A stretch of DNA of 64,000 nt from the NCBI GenBank assembly GCA_963734545.1, contig CAVTHO010000005.1, positions 608,001-672,000 of the forward strand, given 5' to 3'. Source of the stretch: an uncultured Spirochaetota bacterium. GTDB taxonomy: Bacteria > Spirochaetota > Spirochaetia > SZUA-6 > Fen-1364. Numbering within the stretch: the first letter of the stretch is position 1; every line of letters starts with the position of its first letter. The translations under genes and the position numbers were made by a program. Below the pieces are notes generated by a model. The model did no database searches. It saw only the letters and a program-made list of their open reading frames with translations, and had not been told where the DNA came from. Shown here piece after piece: positions 1 through 10,009 of the stretch.

Positions 1-671
1 GGCGCGCAGCTCAGGAGCGCGATCAACCCCGCTGCACCAACGGCCCCGGTGTCGGCGATCAGATCCCCCCGCATGCGTTTTCCTGCCAGGACGAGCTCCG
101 GGGACACCACCGCGGCCACCGCCAGGACGACGCCCAGAATCACGTACCCCCAGAACAGGGTGTGCAGGGTCTTTTCAATGCCGTACCGCTCGACCCAGAA
201 GAACCCGAATAAAACCATGATCAGGATCTGGAACACTCGGAAACCCGTCAGCAGGGGGCCGGGTGAAACCGCCATCGAGAGCCCCAGAAGGACGACGAGC
301 ACCAGACCGGCATAGTGAGGCCAGCGGAAGATCCGAGACCCTCTCCTGCCGGTGTTTCGATTCCTGAACGCTTCCCGAAACACCCACGCGGCACCTATTA
401 TCCAGACGAAAATGTGAAGCACGACGACCCAATCGATTTCACCCTGGAGGGAAGCGAGCGGATCCCGGGCCCGAATGCGAGGCGGGCCGCTCAGCAGGGC
501 CATGAAGACAAGCTGGTCAACCGCGGTGGAATCGCTGATGAGAATGGCGATGATCACGCAGGCGGCAAGGGCAACCAGGGACGTAAGGGCCGGAGCGGCA
601 ATGATTCCAAGGCCGGTCAGGATGGCAAAGAGCACCAACGGCAGAAGGAGAAGGACTCCGCGCTGCGCCAT
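1..671 (-). CDS. O-antigen ligase/Wzy-like polysaccharide polymerase (runs off window start)
   Basis: Translated by hand from ATG at 671: MAQRGVLLLLPLVLFAILTGLGII...YAGLVLVVLLGLSMAVSPGPLLTGFRVFQILIMVLFGFFWVERYG. Multi-TM protein directly downstream of the GT4 in an EPS cluster. Confidence 0.6.
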   Translation of the reverse strand, partial: MAQRGVLLLLPLVLFAILTGLGIIAAPALTSLVALAACVIIAILISDSTAVDQLVFMALLSGPPRIRARDPLASLQGEIDWVVVLHIFVWIIGAAWVFREAFRNRNTGRRGSRIFRWPHYAGLVLVVLLGLSMAVSPGPLLTGFRVFQILIMVLFGFFWVERYGIEKTLHTLFWGYVILGVVLAVAAVVSPELVLAGKRMRGDLIADTGAVGAAGLIALLSCA

Positions 672-672
672 C

Positions 673-1932
673 TCATTTCCCCAGGCTTTCGTAAATCCTT
701 GCCATGCGTGCGGCCTTTTCTTCCCAGCAGAAATGTGTCCTCACTCGTCTTCTGCCGGCCTGTCCTTTCCGTCTGGCGATCCCGGTGTGCAAAGCCAGGT
801 ATTCTAACGCTTCGGTCATTTCTTCCACAATCTGTTCTCCGCTGATTGCCGGGACCTTGATGCCTGTCTCCGCGGTGACGTTCAGGCCCGGTCCGCCGAG
901 ATCCAGACAGATGACCGGCACGGCCGCCGTCATCGCCTCCAGGCAGACCAGGCTCCCCGAGTCGTGAAAGCCGGGGTGGACCAGCACGTTAAAGGAGGGA
1001 AGCCTTTTCAGGACCTGGTCCCGGCTCAGCGCCCCTTCGAAGCGCACCTTGCCGGATATGCCGAGAACCCGGGACAGCTCTTCGAGGCGGCTTCTTTCCG
1101 GTCCCTCGCCGATAAGGCAATACTCACTGTCCGGATGCATCCTCTGAAACCGGGAATACGCGCGCAGGCCGAAATCGAAGCCCTTTAGATGCAGCAGCTC
1201 TCCGACGCTCAGCAGACGAAACCTGCCATCCATGCGGGGGGCCGCCGGTTTCACGGCCTGGATTTCCTCACGGGTCATGCCGATCTGGGAGAAGAGCTCT
1301 ACCCTGCGGCACCCCAGCAGCCTGAGTCGGGCGCGTGTTTCGGGAGTGGCCGCCAGGGCGATACTCGCCCGGCGGGCGGTCAGACGAACCAGCGGATTGC
1401 ATTCTCCGAGCCGGCGCACCGCGTTGCGAAGCGATTCATGCAGCCGCCCGCGCAGGCTGAAGAGCCGGGTGAGAGACTTCGGGAAGCTTTCCCCTCCGCC
1501 GACCGGGCCCCAGACAAACGGCACGGGAAGCAGGGAGAGCAGGCTGGGCATCCAGTAGTTCACGAACGAGACGTGATGCACCAGGTCGAACCTCACCCTC
1601 CTGTGCAGGCGCCTTCCCAGGATGTACACACCCACCTGCCAGAGGAGGTAGTACAGATGGACGCCCCGTTTCCCTTTCTTCCAGAACCGTGCCCACCGGG
1701 GCAGGTCAAAGTAGATCCAATGCACGTTGGCGAGGGGAGTCGTGCGCAGCGCCTCCGTGATTCGATCCCTGTTGTTGCTTCGCGTGACCAGCCAGATTTC
1801 ATGGAACCGCGACATCTGTCTGGCCTGATTCCATCCCACTCCCGGTTCGGATCCCTTGCCGGGCTCACAGGCGTAGGCGGACATGAGGATTCGCCTGGCC
1901 GCCTTTCTGGAGGAGACGTCCCCTGGTCTCAT
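673..1932 (-). CDS. Glycosyltransferase family 4
   Basis: ILMSAYACEPGKGSEPGVGW N-terminus and DSGSLVCLEAM motif. Start at 1932 overlaps upstream stop (ATGA). Confidence 0.9.
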   Translation of the reverse strand: MRPGDVSSRKAARRILMSAYACEPGKGSEPGVGWNQARQMSRFHEIWLVTRSNNRDRITEALRTTPLANVHWIYFDLPRWARFWKKGKRGVHLYYLLWQVGVYILGRRLHRRVRFDLVHHVSFVNYWMPSLLSLLPVPFVWGPVGGGESFPKSLTRLFSLRGRLHESLRNAVRRLGECNPLVRLTARRASIALAATPETRARLRLLGCRRVELFSQIGMTREEIQAVKPAAPRMDGRFRLLSVGELLHLKGFDFGLRAYSRFQRMHPDSEYCLIGEGPERSRLEELSRVLGISGKVRFEGALSRDQVLKRLPSFNVLVHPGFHDSGSLVCLEAMTAAVPVICLDLGGPGLNVTAETGIKVPAISGEQIVEEMTEALEYLALHTGIARRKGQAGRRRVRTHFCWEEKAARMARIYESLGK

Positions 1933-3239
1933 TGCGAGCGCGCCCGTTCTTCCTGCTTCCGCACCGATTCGTCCATCAAACCCGTCAGTCGGGCGAGCGC
2001 TTCCGCCGCATGTGCCGTGAGGGGTTGATTGTCCTGCGCCCACAGCTGAGCCCAGAGACTGTAGTGATCGCACAGATAGGCGGCATAGAGGGCGGGGATC
2101 AACCGCGGGGAGATGCCCAGAGCCTCGAAGTAGGCACGGCATTCCCGCTGCGCCGTAGAGGCGACATCCACCCGGCGAATGCCCTGTCCAGCGGCCTGGC
2201 TCAGGAAATGGAATATGTCCCATCCGGGGATACTGTCCCTGTCGGCGTACTCGACATCGATGCAGGTGATGCGACGCGCCTCCTTTTCGATGCCCGTGTT
2301 CCACGGGGTAAAATCCCCCAGGCGCCATACCCAGGGGATGTCGATCGAGTCCAGAGCGGAAGTCAGGAAGTCGAGGGCCTTTTCGAGTATGAGAGAGTGA
2401 GCTGAGGGGATGACACCTCTCAGGCCGCTCGCCCTCACACGCAACCTCGAAAAGAAGGCACTTTCCTTGAAACGTCCCCTCACCTGGCTGATGCCGGCAA
2501 CTTCGATCAGGAATTGGATGTGTAAAGGCGTCAACTGCCGGTCCTTCCTCCGCCCCCCCTGGAGCGGGAGAGGATCCGTTACCAGGACACATCGGTCGTT
2601 CCATCTGGCAAAGTGCCTGGCCCCGGGAAACCGGCCGAACTTCAGGGGACGAGCGGCAAGGGCCTCCAGGCTGCGCTTCTCATTCTCGACCAGCGACACG
2701 GTCCGCCCATTCCAGCCTATCTTGGCGAACCCGAGCGGCTGGCCCTGCCGCGACAGGATGGCAATGACAGGTTTTCTGACCGGACCCGGCGCGCCAAAAT
2801 GGATGCCAAACACAACATCGTCCTGACCGAACACCTCGCGCAGGTAGTCCAGAAGGAACCCGGGGCCGCCGTCATTTTTCGGCGAGCGGGTGTGGACCAG
2901 GGCGCCGGCCCCCTGCAGAACGCGTCGCGCCACTCCCACCCGCAGGCCAAGGATCAGCAGCTCGCGCGAGATCCGGGGACCGATTTTCTGGGGGTTATAC
3001 AGGCACAGGGAGCCGATGCCTGCGGCCGCGGAGTCCAGTGGAATCAGCAGGATCCTGCCGTCCCTGAGGGCAAGCCAGCCGAGGAGCGGGAGCGGTCCCG
3101 GCGCGTCGGTCCGGGAAAAGCCGTCACCCGGGGAAATGCGGTCTCCCACGCTGAAAACGGAGTTCAGCCACTCGAGCGAGCCCATCTGCACAGGGTGGGA
3201 GCGAACAGGGGATGGCCGGCGGTTGCCTGTCCGCATCAT
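1929..3239 (-). CDS. APH/kinase-like phosphotransferase-fold protein
   Basis: FAKIGW...LVENE, LGDFTPWN, IDVEY and WDIFHF motifs. ATGA-coupled to the flippase and the GT. Confidence 0.6.
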   Translation of the reverse strand: MMRTGNRRPSPVRSHPVQMGSLEWLNSVFSVGDRISPGDGFSRTDAPGPLPLLGWLALRDGRILLIPLDSAAAGIGSLCLYNPQKIGPRISRELLILGLRVGVARRVLQGAGALVHTRSPKNDGGPGFLLDYLREVFGQDDVVFGIHFGAPGPVRKPVIAILSRQGQPLGFAKIGWNGRTVSLVENEKRSLEALAARPLKFGRFPGARHFARWNDRCVLVTDPLPLQGGRRKDRQLTPLHIQFLIEVAGISQVRGRFKESAFFSRLRVRASGLRGVIPSAHSLILEKALDFLTSALDSIDIPWVWRLGDFTPWNTGIEKEARRITCIDVEYADRDSIPGWDIFHFLSQAAGQGIRRVDVASTAQRECRAYFEALGISPRLIPALYAAYLCDHYSLWAQLWAQDNQPLTAHAAEALARLTGLMDESVRKQEERARSQ

Positions 3240-4558
3240 GGCTTCTCCCTCCGCGCCACGAGGCTCCGGAAGAGAAATAACATCATCGCAGCGGCAGCCA
3301 TTGATGACAACAGCAATCCCCACAGAGCCCCGGCCGTCCCGAGCTTCCTCGCAAGGAAGATCCCTGCCCCGATAGTGACCCCGCTGGACACAAGATAGCT
3401 CCAGAATACCTTGTCCGGACGCTCCAGGACTCGCAGCGCGGCCCCCCACACCGCCGTGAAGCTGGCAATGAATGCCAGCAGGCCGACCAGTGGTACCAGA
3501 GGCACGACATCAAGGTACCTGCCTCCATACAGGATTCTCACTATGTCGCTTCGAAACGCAACGAGGCCCAGGTAGTACAGGCCGGCGCCTGCCAGGAACA
3601 GCACCAGAAAGACCTCGATGGTGCGCGTCATTCGCCGTCTTCCCTCATTGAGGCCGCGCGAGAGAAGGGGCACCAGCAGAAGGGAAAGCGCGCTGATCGA
3701 ATTGCCGACAGGCAGGACAAGGTTGGTGAGCGCGCGCAGATCGGCTACTCCTTCCAGGCCGGCCCAGACAGGGAGCAGGGTGAAGTAGATGTTCCCCGGG
3801 ATCCAGATCAGGACCGCAGACCCGACCGCCCAACGGGAATACTTCCAGTGTTCCCCGATCACTTCGGCGGCACGGGGGCCGCCGGCAGCCCGCCACTGCG
3901 GCCGAAGAAGCCTCGAGAGAAGCAGGGTCGCAGGCAGGCCGCTCCAGCCCATGGCCAGAAAGGCCATAGCGGGAGAAATCCTGTTTGCCATGCGCAGGAA
4001 AAACAGGCTTCCGAGCAGCAGGACAATGTAGGAGGCCCCCCCCAGCACGGCCCATTCCGGCTTCAGGCTCACGTAGAAAGCCCGCTTGAGCAGCCACAAC
4101 AGGAGCATGAAAGGGCCGGAGAACGCCAGCGCCGCCAGGGCGAATTGTACCTCCGCCGAGTAGGCGCGGCCGAGAAGAACAGAAGCGCCCAGCAGCAGGA
4201 GGCAGATCGGCGCCATGACCGCGAAATGCCCGAGGGTGAGAAGGCCGATGTACCTCTTGAACCGCGTTGCATACCTGCCGGCCCCGAAGACCAGCATGGG
4301 CTCGCTGAATACGGCTGTATGAAAGGTTCCGAAGAGCAGGAATACCGAATAGGCCACGGCAAAGGCCCCGTACTGGACGGGAGGCAGCCAGCGGGCCAGG
4401 AGGAGGTTGACGACGAAGTTGGCCCCGGCGAGCATTGCCTGGTCGGCGATGCTCGATCCCCCTTTGATGAGCCAGCGGCGCGCCGAGGTGAAACGCCGGC
4501 TGATCCCCCTCGGACTACCTACCAACCTGGCGACGCGGGATCCTTTCTGGTGAACCAT
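3236..4558 (-). CDS. wzx: Polysaccharide flippase (Wzx)
   Basis: SIADQAMLAGANFVVNLLLARWLPPVQYGAF, about 12 TM segments, EPS context. Confidence 0.85.
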   Translation of the reverse strand: MVHQKGSRVARLVGSPRGISRRFTSARRWLIKGGSSIADQAMLAGANFVVNLLLARWLPPVQYGAFAVAYSVFLLFGTFHTAVFSEPMLVFGAGRYATRFKRYIGLLTLGHFAVMAPICLLLLGASVLLGRAYSAEVQFALAALAFSGPFMLLLWLLKRAFYVSLKPEWAVLGGASYIVLLLGSLFFLRMANRISPAMAFLAMGWSGLPATLLLSRLLRPQWRAAGGPRAAEVIGEHWKYSRWAVGSAVLIWIPGNIYFTLLPVWAGLEGVADLRALTNLVLPVGNSISALSLLLVPLLSRGLNEGRRRMTRTIEVFLVLFLAGAGLYYLGLVAFRSDIVRILYGGRYLDVVPLVPLVGLLAFIASFTAVWGAALRVLERPDKVFWSYLVSSGVTIGAGIFLARKLGTAGALWGLLLSSMAAAAMMLFLFRSLVARREKP

Positions 4559-4576
4559 TGCAGGTCGTCCGGTTCG

Positions 4577-6766
4577 TCATTTCTGAGGTTCATGGCCCCG
4601 ATAGTAGTAGCCATAGCCGTATCCCGAGTCGCTCTTTTCAATCCCGTTGAGCACTCCGCCGAGGATCGTGACCCGCGTATGATCGAGGATTTCTGACATT
4701 CTCCTGACCGCGCGCCGGTCGATCTTCCCCTTTCGGAGAACCACAAGCGCCCCGTCGACATAGGACGCCAGGAGCACGGCGTCCGTGGCGCCCAGGACGG
4801 GTGGGCCGTCGAAGATGATACGGTCAAAGCTTCCCCGCAGCTCCTCGACCAGCTGCCGCATGCGGGCGGAGCCGGTGACCTCCGCCGGGTTCGGCGGGAT
4901 GCGTCCCGCGGTGATCACGCTCAGGTTCGGAAGCCCTTCCACCTCTCGAACGACGGAGCGGACGCTCAGGTGGTCCACGAGGATATCGGTGAAGCCGGGG
5001 GTCTGGGGGAGGAGGAGGACACGGTGCACCGCCGGCGCGCGAAAGTCGGCGTCGATGATCAGGACCCGTTCTTCCTGCATGGCGAGGGCCGCCGCGAGAT
5101 TCACGGCGACAACCGTCTTTCCTTCTCCCGGGACGGCGCTCGTCACGGCAATGGTCTTCAACCCCTTGTCAAGCTCGATGAAAAAGAGATTGGTGCGCAG
5201 CAGACGGAACGCCTCCGATATGGGAGACCGCGGCTCGTCCCGGTTGAACAGCGGATGCGGGGGAAGAAGCTCCCGCGTCTTCTTCGTGATGACGCGGCCG
5301 TTCTGGTGGAATCGGGGGATGTATCCGAGAAGCGGGACCGCCAGCAGCTTCTTGATCTCCTCCTCGCTGGTCACAATCGTGTCGAAGCGTTCCAGGAGGA
5401 ACGCGAAGCAGAGCCCCAGGACAACGCTCAGCAGGAACCCGATGACGAAATTCTCCTCCTTTCTCGGGCTCACCGGGCGCACCGGCGTGACGGCAGGATC
5501 GATCACCTCGATGTTGCCGAGCTGGCTGATCGCCTCTATCTGCGCCTCGTTCTTGGACTTCACCAGCTCGGAATACAGGTCATCATTGATCCTGCGCGTG
5601 CGCTCGAGCCGCGCGAGGCTGATGTCCTGCGCAGAGAGCGTGTTGACGTCCGACTCGTTGGCATCGATCAGCCCCCGGAATGCCTCCTCCTGGGCCGCCA
5701 GTATGATGTCCTGGTACCGATAGTCCGCGATCTGCAGCTGAACAACGGAGTTGACCGACCGGGGCGCCGCCTGCCCGACCGTTTTCTCCATCTCCGACTG
5801 GATCTCCCTCTTCAATGACTCCGCGCTTGCGCGGAGTCCGGCCTCCGCCGGGTCCCCGGGGACGAGCTGCGCCAGTCGTCTCTCCGCCTCGGTCAGCCGG
5901 CCCCGCAGGGCTGTCACCGCGGCGCTGAGAGGCGTTCCCGCCTGGGCGGCGTCGGGGGGGGCAAGACGCATTGCGGCGGCCGTGCGGGTGGCGAGGATCT
6001 GCCTCTCCAGTTTTGCCTGCTCGTAACGGCTCTCCAGATCGGACAGCCGGTTCAGCTTGAGCCGTGCCTCCTCCGAGATGTCAGCGATGCGGTGGGACTG
6101 CTTGTAGCGCAGCAGGTCTTCCTCAGCCTTGTCCAGCCTGGCGTTGACCTGGTTCACCTGATCGGAAACGAAGGCGAGCACGGCGTTGGCTTCGCTCCTC
6201 TTTGACCCCACGTTCCGGTCGATGAAAGCCCTCGAGATCGCACTGGCGGTTCTCATCGCCATCACAGGGTCCGGAGAGCGGACGGAGACCTTGATGAGGA
6301 GCGTGTTGGGGACATTCGAGACGGCGAGCTGCTTCCGCAGTCTTTCGATCGTCAGCTCGAGCCTCTCGCCTTCCGAGAGACCTTTCTCCGTGACCAGGAC
6401 ATCTTCCAGACCGAGCTGGCCGCTGATCTCCTCCAGGAGGCTGCGGCTCTTGAGGATCTCCATCTGCGTGTTGATTTCCTCCAGAGGCGTCAGGTCGGAG
6501 AAACCCGTTACGGAGGGGTTGCCTCCCAGGAGCGAGGGGATCTGTTCCTTGATATACAGGGTGGCGGAGGCTTCATAGACCCGCGGGGAAAAATGGTTGA
6601 AGAAGAACACTGCAAGCAGGGCCGCGACCACGGTCAGTCCGACCACCCATTTCCGGTGCCAGACGACCTTCCAGTATTCCTCGAGTCTCCGGCCGTCCCT
6701 GGCCGTTTCTCCCATGCCCCGCTCGCTTCTCACGGTACCCTCTTGCTCCCGGTGTGCGCCGCGCAC
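4577..6766 (-). CDS. wzc: Polysaccharide co-polymerase/tyrosine autokinase (start may be 6715)
   Basis: Wzz-like N-terminal TM and coiled coil, Walker A AVPGEGKT, C-terminal Tyr cluster GYGYGYYY. Confidence 0.92.
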   Translation of the reverse strand: MRGAHREQEGTVRSERGMGETARDGRRLEEYWKVVWHRKWVVGLTVVAALLAVFFFNHFSPRVYEASATLYIKEQIPSLLGGNPSVTGFSDLTPLEEINTQMEILKSRSLLEEISGQLGLEDVLVTEKGLSEGERLELTIERLRKQLAVSNVPNTLLIKVSVRSPDPVMAMRTASAISRAFIDRNVGSKRSEANAVLAFVSDQVNQVNARLDKAEEDLLRYKQSHRIADISEEARLKLNRLSDLESRYEQAKLERQILATRTAAAMRLAPPDAAQAGTPLSAAVTALRGRLTEAERRLAQLVPGDPAEAGLRASAESLKREIQSEMEKTVGQAAPRSVNSVVQLQIADYRYQDIILAAQEEAFRGLIDANESDVNTLSAQDISLARLERTRRINDDLYSELVKSKNEAQIEAISQLGNIEVIDPAVTPVRPVSPRKEENFVIGFLLSVVLGLCFAFLLERFDTIVTSEEEIKKLLAVPLLGYIPRFHQNGRVITKKTRELLPPHPLFNRDEPRSPISEAFRLLRTNLFFIELDKGLKTIAVTSAVPGEGKTVVAVNLAAALAMQEERVLIIDADFRAPAVHRVLLLPQTPGFTDILVDHLSVRSVVREVEGLPNLSVITAGRIPPNPAEVTGSARMRQLVEELRGSFDRIIFDGPPVLGATDAVLLASYVDGALVVLRKGKIDRRAVRRMSEILDHTRVTILGGVLNGIEKSDSGYGYGYYYRGHEPQK

Positions 6767-6847
6767 CGCACGAGCGCCGTTGCTGTTCGTGCTTTCCTGG
6801 CTCTGCGATTCCGCATCATGGTTTCACTCCGGGCCGCGGCGGGCGCT

Positions 6848-7957
6848 TCAGGTGTGGAATCTGACGCCTGCCATGTATCCGTAGACAGGGGTCGTCCATG
6901 GCTGTGTCGACAGCTCCCGGCCGAATACCGCTACATCGATCGTGAAGAAAGAGAGATCGATCGAAAGCCCGCCGCTGGGAAGGAGCTGGTAGAAGCCCGC
7001 CCGAAGCTTCACGACCTTCAGCAGCGTAATCTCCATGCCCAGTCCGATGTGGAGCAGGGGATTGCGGGCCTGGGCCGGGTAGATGACGAAATCGAAGATA
7101 TCGTTGTAGTCGGCCAGGATGGTGAAACCGTCGACGTACGAGGTGAACGACTTGATCGGCGGGTTCCACCGCATGCCGATCGAGATGTCCATGGGGAGCG
7201 GCGACGCGCTGGTCTGGATGGGCGCCGCATCATTCTGATAGTCGCGGAGCGTGCTGTACGTCTTCAGTGACCTGATGGCGAGATTGCGCCCCGCAATCCC
7301 GACGGAAAGCGTGTTGTTCCAGTTGTACAGGACACCGAACTCTGCGCTCACCCCTGCCGCCATGGTGAAGCGCTCGTCGATGATGAAATCCCAGGCGGAA
7401 ATAGTGGATGCGACCAGCTCGCGCAGGTCCTGTCTGGTTTCACTGCGTGCCGCCAGGAAAATGGGAATCGAGAAGCCCACATCCAGAGTGCTCTGCCAGT
7501 CGTCAGGCAGAGGGATGCGAAATGCATATCCGGTGATCATGATCAGGTTTTGCGTGACGGCGGCGTTGCCATTGGGAGGGGGACCCATGACCCGGGACAG
7601 GATGTTGGTGTTTGAAAAAAGGCCAAAGCCGAGTCCGTTGCCCACATATGCAATGGAAAGAGGGCCGAAGAGGTCATACGTCGATTTTTCGACCCCCGGG
7701 TCATTCGGCCCGTTGTAAAGGCTCACATTGACGGTCCCGATCGAAAGGTTCGGCTCCACGGAACGGAAGCCGGCGGGATTGCTCTGGAGCGTGGAGATGT
7801 CATCCGCCTGCGCCGCGTGGTTGCCGCCCAGCGCGGCTTCACGGGCGGAAAAAGGAACCTGGAAGAGGTCAAAGAAAGCCCCGTCCCATGCAAATAGCTG
7901 CAGGGGTCCGCCCAGCGCGAGGATGATCAGGGAGAGCAGAATGATCCGTTTTTTCAT
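6848..7957 (-). CDS. Putative outer-membrane beta-barrel protein (FadL/TraF/PorV-like)
   Basis: Signal peptide MKKRIILLSLIILAL, SAREAALGG...NPAG motif, amphipathic beta-strands, AGGAG SD. Confidence 0.6.
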   Translation of the reverse strand: MKKRIILLSLIILALGGPLQLFAWDGAFFDLFQVPFSAREAALGGNHAAQADDISTLQSNPAGFRSVEPNLSIGTVNVSLYNGPNDPGVEKSTYDLFGPLSIAYVGNGLGFGLFSNTNILSRVMGPPPNGNAAVTQNLIMITGYAFRIPLPDDWQSTLDVGFSIPIFLAARSETRQDLRELVASTISAWDFIIDERFTMAAGVSAEFGVLYNWNNTLSVGIAGRNLAIRSLKTYSTLRDYQNDAAPIQTSASPLPMDISIGMRWNPPIKSFTSYVDGFTILADYNDIFDFVIYPAQARNPLLHIGLGMEITLLKVVKLRAGFYQLLPSGGLSIDLSFFTIDVAVFGRELSTQPWTTPVYGYMAGVRFHT

Positions 7958-8067
7958 CGGGCTCCTGGTTTGCAAATACAGTCTATCACAATTGTCGACA
8001 TTTAAAAGCTTTCCGGCGACAGCCGGTGCTCCCCTGCGACTACGGCGGAACAAGGGCAGCAGTCCGC

Positions 8068-9081
8068 TCAGTGCGCCGCGGTATTCCGCGGATTGTGCGC
8101 CGCGGTATTCCGCGGATTCTGCACTACCCAGGGGAGGTTATCGAGGTCCACATTGCCGCCGGAGAGAACAATTGCCACCCGCAGACCGCGGACGGCGAGC
8201 GCGCCTTCGAGGATCGCGGCCAGCGGCACGGCAGCCGAGGGCTCGATCACCGTTTTCATGCGCTCCCAGGTGAACCGTGTTGCCTGCACGATGGCATCTT
8301 CGCTGGCGGTCACGATGTCGGTCACGCCGGCCCGCACGATGCGGAAGGTGTTCGGTCCCAGCGACGTCCGCAGGCCGTCGGCAACGGTGCGCGGGTTGCC
8401 CGATGGATGAAGGGTCCCGGTCTTGAAAGACCGGCGCGCATCATCCGCTGCCGCCGGCTCGGCGCCGATCACGCGCGTGCGGGGAGAGACGGCGCCCGCT
8501 GCAAGCGCGGTGCCGCTGAGGAGACCGCCCCCGCCCACGGGCGTGACGATCATGTCCAGGTCGGCGATCTCCTCCAGTATTTCCAGGGCGCAGGTCCCCT
8601 GCCCGGCGATCACGCGCAGGTCATCCGAAGGGTGCACGAATTCCGCCCCGGTTTCCTTCACGACGTCCTGGAGCACTCGTTCCCTGTCATCGGGCGCGTT
8701 ACCCGAGAAAACGATTCGCGCCCCGTATCCGCGGACCGCTTCGACCTTCACACGCGGCGCGTCCCGCGGCATGACGATGCATGCCTCGATTCCGCGCAGC
8801 CGCGCGGCGAGCGCCAGCGCCTGCGCGTGGTTTCCCGAAGAGTGGGTGGCCACGCCGCGGCGCGCGGCCTCTTCGTCCAGGGAGAACACGGCGTTCGCCG
8901 CGCCCCGGAACTTGAACGCGCCCACCCTCTGCAGGTTTTCGCACTTGAAAAAGACCGAGGCGCCGGTCATCTCGTCGATCGTCCTGCTCGTGATCAGGGG
9001 AGTCCGATGCGCGTAGGGCAGGATGCGCGCGGCGGCCTGCCGGATATCCTCTATCGTGGGTCCGTGTGAAGGCGACTCCAT
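8068..9081 (-). CDS. PLP-dependent threonine/serine dehydratase / serine racemase family
   Basis: KCENLQRVGAFKFRGA, HSSGNHAQAL, PVGGGGLLSG, SGGNVD. Confidence 0.92.
   Translation of the reverse strand: MESPSHGPTIEDIRQAAARILPYAHRTPLITSRTIDEMTGASVFFKCENLQRVGAFKFRGAANAVFSLDEEAARRGVATHSSGNHAQALALAARLRGIEACIVMPRDAPRVKVEAVRGYGARIVFSGNAPDDRERVLQDVVKETGAEFVHPSDDLRVIAGQGTCALEILEEIADLDMIVTPVGGGGLLSGTALAAGAVSPRTRVIGAEPAAADDARRSFKTGTLHPSGNPRTVADGLRTSLGPNTFRIVRAGVTDIVTASEDAIVQATRFTWERMKTVIEPSAAVPLAAILEGALAVRGLRVAIVLSGGNVDLDNLPWVVQNPRNTAAHNPRNTAAH
8071..8118. repeat. 2 x 24-bp tandem repeat with internal hairpin
   Basis: GTGCGCCGCGGTATTCCGCGGATT twice, exact. Internal CCGCGG-TATT-CCGCGG. Confidence 0.9.
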
Positions 9082-9116
9082 GCAGCGACGGTAGCGCGCC
9101 GAACCCCCCTGTGCAA
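9082..9116 (-). promoter_or_regulatory. sigma-70 promoter, leaderless
   Basis: TTGCAC-17bp-TACCGT-6bp-ATG with no SD. Confidence 0.6.
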
Positions 9117-9147
9117 GTGACGCAGGGCGCACGCGTGAGCCCGTGAA

Positions 9148-9918
9148 TCAGGGCTCGGCGAGGGTGATCGTGATTCCGGACTCCCCGATGGCTCGCGCCT
9201 GATCAGGGGCAAGGCGGGAGTCCGTGATGAGCCGGGTCACACGGGAAAGCGGGGCAATCAGCGCAGGGGCCGTTTTTCCTATCTTGCTGTGATCCGCAAC
9301 CACCCAGACTTCCCGCGCATGCTCGATATAGAGTGCCGCCGCGTGCGCCTCGACGTCCGTGAATGTCGAAATGCCATGATGGACATCAAGTCCGTCAACG
9401 CCTATCAGCGCGATGTCCAGGTGAAAGCCACGGATAGTGCCCTCCGCAATATGACCCACCAGCTCGTATGAGCGCGTGCGCAGGGTTCCTCCCGTCACGA
9501 TGACCTGCTGCGACTCGAACGGCGCCAGCTCCATGGCAATGTTGATCGCATTCGTGACAATGGTGAGTCTCTTGTCCTTGACGGCTTTCACCACCTGCAT
9601 GACCGTCGTGCCGCCCGTACAGCCGATCACGCTGCCGCCCGCAATCAGGGACGCCGCAGCTGCGCCAATGGCCCTCTTTTCCAGGAGATATGCCGAGACC
9701 TTTGACTGGAAAGGCAGCTCGTCCGGGTTGTCAATGACCGTCGCGCCGCCATGCGTCCTATGGAGGTATCCCTTCTCCTGCATGGCATAGAGATCGCGCC
9801 GGACCGTGGGGGGTGAAATCTGGAGCATTTCCGCCAGCTCTTCGACGGCTACGCTTCCTTTTCTGGCGAGCTCGCTTCTTATGCGTTCGTACCTCTTTTC
9901 CTTGATCATTGTTGTCAT
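9148..9918 (-). CDS. DeoR/GlpR (AgaR-like) transcriptional regulator
   Basis: HTH ISPPTVRRDL...RTHGGA plus DeoRC domain. Divergent from agaS. Confidence 0.92.
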   Translation of the reverse strand: MTTMIKEKRYERIRSELARKGSVAVEELAEMLQISPPTVRRDLYAMQEKGYLHRTHGGATVIDNPDELPFQSKVSAYLLEKRAIGAAAASLIAGGSVIGCTGGTTVMQVVKAVKDKRLTIVTNAINIAMELAPFESQQVIVTGGTLRTRSYELVGHIAEGTIRGFHLDIALIGVDGLDVHHGISTFTDVEAHAAALYIEHAREVWVVADHSKIGKTAPALIAPLSRVTRLITDSRLAPDQARAIGESGITITLAEP

Positions 9919-9929
9919 AGTATGCCATA

Positions 9930-9986
9930 CAAATCGATCAAAATCAATCATTTTTATGTTGACATTTGATCGAAATCATTTACATT
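9930..9986. promoter_or_regulatory. AT-rich divergent promoter/operator with tandem ATC(G/A)ATCA repeats
   Basis: AAATCGATCA-AAATCAATCA...TGATCGAAATCA. TTGACA (9959-9964)-16bp-TACATT on + strand. Confidence 0.6.
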
Positions 9987-10009
9987 GGACCGAGTCCATA
10001 TTGAGGTTG

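Noticed and set aside
8068-8135. C-terminal NPRNTAAH x2 peptide as a functional tail
   Set aside because: Removing one G from TGGGTAG gives LPW-stop, a usual ending for this family, so the repeat is probably non-coding.
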